This document shows positions 54,708-64,000 of a DNA stretch of 64,000 nucleotides, in pieces. The position numbers were made by a program, and so were the translations under genes. The stretch's first letter is position 1. Every line of letters starts with the position of its first letter. Under the pieces are notes generated by a model. The model did not search any database and was not told where the DNA came from. It was given only the letters and a program-made list of their open reading frames with translations. This stretch comes from Eledone cirrhosa. Lineage: Eukaryota. Where the stretch lies: the NCBI GenBank assembly GCA_964016885.1, contig OZ024747.1, forward strand, positions 93,887,929-93,951,928, written 5' to 3'.

Positions 54708-57700
54708 TATAAGCTAAATCTAACCTAAATCTAACCTAAATCTAAGCTAAATATGAGCTAAATCTCACCTAAGTCTAATCTAAATATGAGCTAAATCTCA
54801 CCTAAATCTAAACTAAATATGAGCTAAATCTCACCTAAATATAAGCTAAATCCAAGCTAAATCTCAGCTAAATCTCACCTAAATATAATCTAAATACGAA
54901 CTAAATTACACCTAAATCAAGGCTACATCTAAGCTAAATCTCACATAAATCTAAGCTAAATATAGGCTAAATCTCACCTAAATCTAAGATAAATCTCACC
55001 TAAATCTAAGCTAAATATAAGCTAAATCTCACCTAAACCTGAGCTAAATATGAGCTAAATCTCACCTAAATCTAAGCTAAATCTAAGCTAAATCTAACAT
55101 AAATATAAGCTAAATCTAACCTAAATCTAACCTAAATCTAAGCTAAATCTAAGCTAAATCTCACCTAAATATAAGCTAAATCTATGCTAAATCTCACTTA
55201 AATCTAAGCTAAATATAAGCTAAATCTCACCTAAATCTAAGCTAATTCTAAGCAAAATCTCACCTAAATCTAAGCTAAATATAAGTTAAATCTCACATAA
55301 ATCTAAGCTAAATCTTAGCTAAATGTAAGCTAAATCTCACATGAATCTAATCTAAATCTAAGCTAAATCTAAGCTAAATATAAGCTAAATCTAACCTAAA
55401 TCTAACCTAAATCTAAGCTAAATATGAGCTAAATCTCACCTAAGTCTAATCTAAATATGTGCTAAATCTCACCTAAATCTAAACTAAATATGAGCTAAAT
55501 CTCACCTAAATCTAAGCTAAATATAAGCTAAATCTCACCTAAATCTAAGCTAAATATGAACTAAATCTCACCTAAATCTAAACTAAATCTAAGCTAAATC
55601 TCACCTCAATCTAAGCTAAATATAATCTAAATCTCAACTAAATCTAAGCTAAATTTCACCTAAATCTAAGCTAATTCTAAGCTAATTCTCACCTAAATCT
55701 AAGCTAAATGTAAGTTAAATCTCACATAAATCTAAGCTAAATCAAAGCTAAATCTAATATAAATGCGAGCTAAATATCACCTAACTCTAAGCTGAATATA
55801 AGCAAAATCTATCCTAAATCTAAGTTAAATCTAACCTAAATCTCACCTAAATCTAAGCTAAATGTCACCTAAATCTAAGCTAAATCTAAATTAAATCTAA
55901 GCTAAATCTCACCTAAATCTAAGCTAAATCTAAGCTAAATCTAACCTAAATCTAAGCTAAATATAAGCAAAATCTCACCTAAATCTAATTTAAATCTAAG
56001 CTAAATATCGCCTAAATCTAAGCTAAATCTAAGCTAAATCTCACCTAAATCTAAGCTAAATCTAAGCTAAATCTCCCCTAAATATAAGCTAAATCTATGA
56101 TAAATCTCACCTAAATCTAAGCTAAATATAAGATAAATCTCACCTAAATCTAAGCTAAATATGAACTAAATCTCACCTAAATCTAAGCTAAATCTAAGCT
56201 AAATCTCACCTCAATCTAAGCTAAATCTAAGCTAAATCTCACCTAAATATAAGCTAAATCTATGATAAATCTCACCTAAATCTAAGATAAATATAAGCTA
56301 AATCTCACCTAAATCTTAGCTAAATCTCACCTAAATATAATCTAAATACGAAATAAATTAACACCTAAATCTAGGCTACATCTAAGCTAAATCTCACCTA
56401 AATCTAAGCTAAATATAGCTAAATCTCACCTAAATCTAAGATAAATCTCACCTAAATCTAAGCTAAATATAAGCTAAATCTCACCTAAACCTGAGCTAAA
56501 TATGAGCTAAATCTCACCTAAATCTAAGCTAAATCTAAGCTAAATCTAAACTAAATATAAGCTAAATCTAAGCTAAATCTCACCTAAATATAAGCTAAAT
56601 CTATGCTAAATCTCACCTAAATCTAAGCTAAATATAATCTAAATCTCACCTAAATCTAAGCTAAATCTCACCTAAATCTAAGCTAATTCTAAGCAAAATC
56701 TCACCTAAATCTAAGATAAATATAAGCAAAATCTCACCTAAATCTAATTTAAATCTAAGCTAAATATCGCCTAAATCTAAGCTAAATCTCACCTAAATCT
56801 AAGCTAAATCTAAGCTAAATCTCACCTAAATATTAGCTAAATCTATGATAAATCTCACCTAAATCTAAGCTAAATATAAGCTAAATCTCACTTAAATCTT
56901 AGCTAAATCTCACCTAAAAATAATCTAAATACGAACTAAATTGCACCTAAATCTAGGCTACTTCTAAGCTAAATCTCACGTAAGTCTAAGCTAAATATAG
57001 GCTAAATCTCACCTAAATCTAAGCTAAATCTCACCTAAATCTAAGCTAAATATAAGCTAAATCTCACCTAAATCTGAGCTAAATATGAGCTAAATCTCAC
57101 CTAAATCTAAGCTAAATCTAAGCTAAATCTAACCTAAATATAAGCTAAATCTAACCTAAATCTAACCTAAATCTAAGCTAAATCGAAGCTAAATCTCACC
57201 TAAATATAAGCTAAATCTATGCTAAATCTCACCTAAATCTAAGCTAAATATAAGCTAAATCTCACCTAAATCTAAGCTAATTCTAAGCAAAATCTCACCT
57301 AAATCTAAGCTAAATATAAGTTAAATCTCACATAAATCTAAGCTAAATCTAAGCTAAATGTAAGCTAAATCTCACATAAATCTAATCTAAATCTAAGCTA
57401 AATCTAAGCTAAATATAAGCTAAATCTAACCTAAATCTAACCTAAATCTAAGCTAAATATAGGCTAAATCTCACCTAAATCTAGATAAATCTCACCTAAA
57501 TCTAAGCTAAATCTAAGCTAAATCTCACCTAAATCTAAGCTAAATCTCACCTAAATCTAAACTAAATATAAGCTAAATCTCACCTAAATCTAAGTTAAAT
57601 ATGAGTTAAATCTCACCTAAATCTAAGCTAAATCTAAACTAAATCTAACCTAAATATAAGCTAAATCTAACCTAAACCTAACCTAAATCTAAGCTAAATC

Positions 57701-60700
57701 TAACCTAAATCTCACATAAATATAACCTAAATCTATGCTAAATTTCACCTAAATCTAACCTAAATATAAGCTAAATCTCACCTAAATCTAAGCTAAATCT
57801 CACCTAAATCTAAATTAATTCTAAGCTAAATCTCACCTAAATCTAAGTTAAATATAAGCTAAATCTTACCTAAATCTAGGCCACATCTAAGCTAAATCTT
57901 ACATAAATCTAAGCTAAATATAGGCTAAATCTCACCTAAATCTAAGATAAATCTCACCTAAATCTAAGCTAAATATAAGATAAATCTCACCTAAATCTGA
58001 GCTAAATATGAACTAAATCTCACCTAATTCTAAGCTAAATCTAAGCTAAATCTAACCTAAATATAAGCTAAATCTAACCTAAATCTAACCTAAATCTAAG
58101 CTAAATCTAAGCTAAATCTCACCTAAATAGAAGCTAAATCTATGATAAATCTCACTTAAATCTAAGACAAATATAAGCTAAATCTCACCTAAATCTAAGC
58201 TAAATCTCACCTAAACCTAAGCTAATTCTAAGCAAAATCTCACCTAAATCTAAGCTAAATATAAGTTAAATCTCACATAAATCTAAGCTAAATCTTAGCT
58301 AAATGTAAGCTAAATCTGACATAAATCTAATCTAAATCTAAGCTAAATCTAAGCTAAATATAAGCTAAATCTAACCTAAATTTAACCTAAATCTAAGCTA
58401 AATATGAGCTAAATCTCACCTAAGTCTAATTTAAATATGAGCTAAATCTCACCTAAATCTAAACTAAATATGAGCTAAATCTCACCTAAATCTAAGCTAA
58501 ATCCAAGCTAAATCTCACCTAAATCTAAGCTAAATATAAGCTAAATCTCACCTAAATCTAAGCTAAATATGAACTAAATCTAACCTAAATCTAAGCTAAA
58601 TCTAAGCTAAATCTCACCTCAATCTAAGCTAAATATAAGCTAAATCTCAACTAAATCTAAGCTAAATCTCACCTAAATCTAAGCTTATTCTAAGCTAATT
58701 CTCACCTAAATCTAAGCTAAATGTAAGTTAAATCTCACATAAATCTAAGCTAAATCTGAGCTAAATCTAATATAAATACGAGCTAAATATCACCTAATTC
58801 TAAGCTGAATATAAGCAAAATCTATCCTAAATCTAAGTTAAATCTAACCTAAATCTCACCTAAATCTAAGCTAAATCTAAGCTAAATCTCACCTAAATCT
58901 AAGCTAAATCTCACCTAAATCTAAGCTAAATCTAAATTAAATGTAAGCTAAATCTCACCTAAATCTAAGCAAAATCTAAGCTAAATCTTACCTAAATCTA
59001 AGCTAAATATAAGAAAAATCTCACCTAAATCTAATTTAAATCTAAGCTAAATATCGCCTAAATCTAAGCTAAATCTAAGCTAAATCTTAGCTAAATCTCA
59101 CCTAAATATAAGCTAAATCTATGATAAATCTCACCTAAATCTAAGATAAATATAAGCTAAATCTCACCTAAATCTTAGCTAAATCTCACCTAAATATAAT
59201 CTAAATACGAACTAAATTACACCTAAATCTAGGCTACAGCTAAGCTAAATCTCACATAAATCTAAGCTAAATATAGGCTAAATCTCACCTAAATCTAAGA
59301 TAAATATAAGCTAAATCTCACCTAAATCTAAGCTAAATCTCACCTAAATCTAAGCTAATTCTAAGCAAAATCTCACCTAAATCTAAGACAAATATAAGCA
59401 AAATTTCACCTAAATCTAATTTAAATCTAAGCTAAATATCGCCAAAATCTAAGCTAAATCTAAGCTAAATCTCACCTAAATCTAAGCTAAATCTAAGCTA
59501 AATCTCACCTAAATATAAGCTAAATCTATGATAAATCTCACCTAAATCTAAGCTAAATATAAGCTAAATCTCACTTAAATCTTAGCTAAATCTCACCTAA
59601 ATATAATCTAAATAAGAACTAAATTACACCTAAATCTAGGTTACATCTAAGCTAAATCTCACGTAAGTCTACGCTAAATATAGGCTAAATCTAACCTAAA
59701 TCTCAGCTAAATATGAGCTAAATCTCACCTAAATCTAAGTTAATTCTAAGGTAATTCTCACCTAAATCTAAGCTAAAAATGAGGTAAATCTCACCTAAAT
59801 CTCAGCTAAATCTAATCTAAATCTCACATAAATCTAAGCTAAATCTAACCTAAATACGAGCGTAATCTCACCTAAATCTAAGCTAAATCTCACGAAAATC
59901 TAAGCTAAATATGATCTAAATCTCACCTGAATCTAAGCTAAATGTAAGCTAAATCTAACCTAAATATAAGCTAAATCTCACCTAAATCTAAGCTAAATCT
60001 CACCTAAATCTAAGCTAATTCTAAGCTAAATCTCACCTAAATCTAACCTAAATCTCACGTAAATCTAAGCTAACTCTAAACTAAATCTAAGCTAAATCTC
60101 ACATAAATCTAACCTACATCTAAGCTAAATATAAGCTAAATCTCACCTAATTCTAAGCTAAATATGAGCTAAATCTCACCTAAATCTAAATTAAATCTAA
60201 GCTAAATCTCACCTCAATCTAAGCTAAATATAAGCTAAATCTCACCCAAATCTAAGCTAAATCTCACCTAAATCTAAGCTAAATATAAGCTAAATCTCAC
60301 CTAAATCTAAGCTAAGTATAAGCTAAATCTCACCTAAATCTAAGCTAAATCTCACCTCAATCTAAGCTAATTCTAAGCAAAATCTCACCTAAATCTAAGC
60401 TAAATATAAGTTAAATCTCACATAAATCTAATCTAAATCTAAGCTAAATCTAAGCTAAATATAAGCTAAATCTAACCTAAATCTAACCTAAATCTAAGCT
60501 AAATATGAGCTAAATCTCACCTAAATCTAAACTAAATATGAGCTAAATCTCACCTAAATCTAAGCTAAATCCAAGCTAAATCTCACCTAAATCTAAGCTA
60601 AATATAAGCTAAATCTCACCTAAATCTAAGCTAAATATGAACTAAATCTCACCTAAATCTAAGCTAAATCTAAGCTAAATCTAAACCTCAATCTAAGCTA

Positions 60701-63700
60701 AATATAAGCTAAATCTCACCTAAATCTAAGCTAAATCTCACCTAAATCTAAGCTAATTCTAAGCTAATTCTCACGTAAATCTAAGCTAAACATAAGTTAA
60801 ATATCACATAAATCTAAGCTAAATCTAAGCTAAATCAAATCTAAATCTCACATAAATCTAAGCCAAATCTAAGCTAAATCTAATATAAATACGAGCTAAA
60901 TATCACCTAAATCTAAGCTGAATATAAGCAAAATCTATCCTAAATCTAAGTTAAATCTAACCTAAATCTCACCTAAATCTAAGCTAAATCTAAGCTAATT
61001 CTCACCTAAATCTAAGCTAAATCTCACCTAAATCTAAGCTAAATCTCACCTAAATATAAGCTACATATAAGTGAAATCTCACCTAAATCTAAGCTAAATC
61101 TCGCCAAAATCTAAGCTAAATATGAGCTAAATCGCACCTGAATCGAAGCTAAATCTAAGCTAAATCTAACCTAAATATAAAATAAATCTAACCTAAATCT
61201 AACCTAAATCTTAAGCTAAATATAAGCTAAATCTCACCTAAGTCTAAGCTAAATATGAGCTATATCTCACCCAAATCTAAATTAAATCTAAGCTAAATCT
61301 CACCGAAACATAATCTAAATCTATGATAAATCTCACCTAAATCTCAGCTAAATATAAGCTAAATCACACCTAAATCTAAGCTAATTCTAAGCTAATTCTC
61401 ACCTAAATCTAAGCTAAATATAAGCTAATTCTCACATAAATCTAAGCTAAATCTAAGTTAAATCTAATCTAAATTTCACATAAATCTAAGCTAAATCTAA
61501 GCTAAATCTAACATAAATACGAGCGTAATCTCATCTAAATCTAAGCTAAATCTCACCAAAATCTAAGCTAAATATGAGCTAAATCTCACTTGAATCTAAG
61601 TTAAATCTAAGCTAAATCTAACCTAAATATAAACTAAATCTCACCTAAATCTAAGCTAAATCTCACCTAAATCTAAGCTAATTTTAAGCTAAATCTCACT
61701 TAAATCTAACCTAAATATAAGCTAAATCTCACATAAATCTAAGCTAAATCTAAACTAAATCTAAGCTAAATCTCACATAAATCTAAGCTAAATCTAAGCT
61801 AAATCTAACCTATATATAAGCTAAATCTAACCTAAATCTAACCTACATCTAAGCTAAATATAAGCTAAATCTCACCTAAGTCTAAGCTAAATATGAGCTA
61901 AATGTCACCTAAATCTAAATTAAATCTAAGCTAAATCTCGCCTAAATCTAAGCTAAATCTAAGCTAAATCTCACCTAAATCTAAGCTAAATCTAAGCTAA
62001 ATCTAAGCTAAATCACACCTAAATATAAGCTAAATCTATGATAAATCTCACCTAAATCTTAGCTAAATCTCACCTAAATATAATCTAAATACGAACTAAA
62101 TTACACCTAAATCTAGGCTACATCTAAGCTAAATCTCACCTAAATCTAAGCTAAATATAAGCTAAATCTCACTTAAATCTAAGCTAAATCTCACCTAAAT
62201 ATAAGCTAAATCTCACCTAAATCTAAGCTAAATATGAGCTAAATCTCACCTAAATCTAAGCTAAATCTAAGCTAAATCTAACCTAAATATAAGCTAAATC
62301 TAACGTAAATCTAAGCAAAATCTAAGCTAAATCTCACCTACATATAAGTTAAATCTAACCTAAATCTAACCTAAATCTAAGCTAAATCTAAGCTAAATCT
62401 CACCTAAATAGAAGCTAAATCTATGATAAATCTCACTTAAATCTAAGACAAATATAAGCTAAATCTCACCTAAATCTAAGCTAAATCTCACCTAAATCTA
62501 AGCTAATTCTAAGCAAAATCTCACCTAAATCTAAGCTAAATATAAGTTAAATCTCACATAAATCTAAGCTAAATCTTAGCTAAATGTAAGCTAAATCTCA
62601 CATAAATCTAATCTAAATCTAAGCTAAATCTAAGCTAAATATAAGCTAAATCTAACCTAAATTTAACCTAAATCTAAGCTAAATATGAGCTAAATCTCAC
62701 CTAAGTCTAATCTAAATATGAGCTAAATCTCACCTAAATCTAAACTACATATGAGCTAAATCTCACCTAAATCTAAGCTAAATCCAAGCTAAATCTCACC
62801 TAAATCTAAGCTAAATATAAGCTAAATCTCACCTAAATCTAAGCTAAATATGAACTAAATCTCACCTAAATCTAAGCTAAATCTAAGCTAAATCTCACCT
62901 CAATCTAAGCTAAATATAAGCTAAATCTCAACTAAATCTAAGCTAAATCTCACCTAAATCTAAGCTTATTCTAAGCTAATTCTCACCTAAATCTAAGCTA
63001 AATGTAAGTTAAATCTCACATAAATCTAAGCTAAATCTGAGCTAAATCTAATATAAATACGAGCTACATATCACCTAATTCTAAGCTGAATATAAGCAAA
63101 ATCTATCCTAAATCTAAGTTAAATCTAACCTAAATCTCACCTAAATCTAAGCTAAATCTAAGCTAAATCTCACCTAAATCTAAGCTAAATCTCACCTAAA
63201 TCTAAGCTAAATCTAAATTAAATCTAAGCTAAATCTCCCCTAAATCTAAGCAAAATCTAATCTAAATCTTACCTAAATCTAAGCTAAATATAAGCAAAAT
63301 CTCACCTAAATCTAATTTAAATCTAAGCTAAATATCACCTAAATCTAAGCTAAATCTAAGCTAAATCTCACCTAAATCTAAGCTAAATCTAAGCTAAATC
63401 TCACCTAAATATAAGCTAAATCTATGATAAATCTCACCTAAATCTAAGATAAATATAAGCTAAATCTCACCTAAATCTTAGCTAAATCTCACCTAAATAT
63501 AATCTAAATACGAACTAAATTACACCTAAATCTAGGCTACATCTAAGCTAAATCTCACCTAAATCTAAGCTAAATATAGGCTAAATCTCACCTAAATCTA
63601 AGATAAATATAAGCTAAATCTCACCTAAATCTAAGCTAAATCTCACCTAAATCTAAGCTAATTCTAAGCAAAATCTCACCTAAATCTAAGATAAATATAA

Positions 63701-64000
63701 GCAAAATTTCACCTAAATCTAATTTAAATCTAAGCTAAATATCGCCAAAATCTAAGTTAAATCTAAGCTAAATCTCACCTAAATCTAAGCTAAATCTAAG
63801 CTAAATCTAAGCTAAATCTCACCTAAATATAAGCTAAATCTATGATAAATCTCACCTAAATCTAAGCTAAATATAAGCTAAATCTCACTTAAATCTTAGC
63901 TAAATCTCACCTAAATATAATCTAAATAAGAACTAAATTACACCTAAATCTAGGCTACATCTAAGCTAAATCTCACGTAAGTCTAAGCTAAATATAGGCT
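54705..64000. repeat. 11-bp satellite (ctaaatctaag / ctaaatctcac / ctaaatataag / ctaaatctaac variants) continuing past the window end
   Basis: Uninterrupted for >9 kb, with recurring variant blocks. Confidence 0.97.

Noticed and set aside
54705-64000. True telomere at the right end of the window
   Set aside because: The C-rich strand runs toward the window end (wrong polarity for a right telomere), and the units are heterogeneous with duplicated blocks, unlike telomerase products.

Overview
AT-rich, microsatellite-laden animal DNA, most likely from an octopus or other coleoid cephalopod (inferred from [16 protein letters not shown] zinc fingers, tRNA/CORE-type SINEs with RTE tails, and (TA)n/(CA)n density). 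Nearly all ORF-track entries are microsatellite or satellite artefacts. (1) Three families of Penelope-like retroelements (PLE; RT plus C-terminal GIY-YIG) are present. One has an intact 710-aa ORF, and most copies are head-to-head inverted arms inserted in (TA)n. (2) About 18 hammerhead-ribozyme motifs of four sequence families lie in PLE pseudo-LTRs or in solo copies. (3) Two non-coding elements (717 and 495 bp monomers) show the same PLE insertion architecture but have no ORF. (4) A near-full-length CR1-clade LINE has an in-phase G_GGA_AAC slippery heptamer at its ORF1/ORF2 junction, suggesting -1 frameshifting. (5) RTE LINE remnants share their 3' tail with a SINE family, and there is also a solo LTR and a MITE. 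(6) A hidden minus-strand spliced gene or pseudogene with phase-compatible exons spans about 13.9-46 kb and carries in-frame stops. (7) From 50.9 kb onward there is a block of three satellites ending in a >9 kb 11-bp array with higher-order structure. All calls were made by eye; no searches or folding programs were run.
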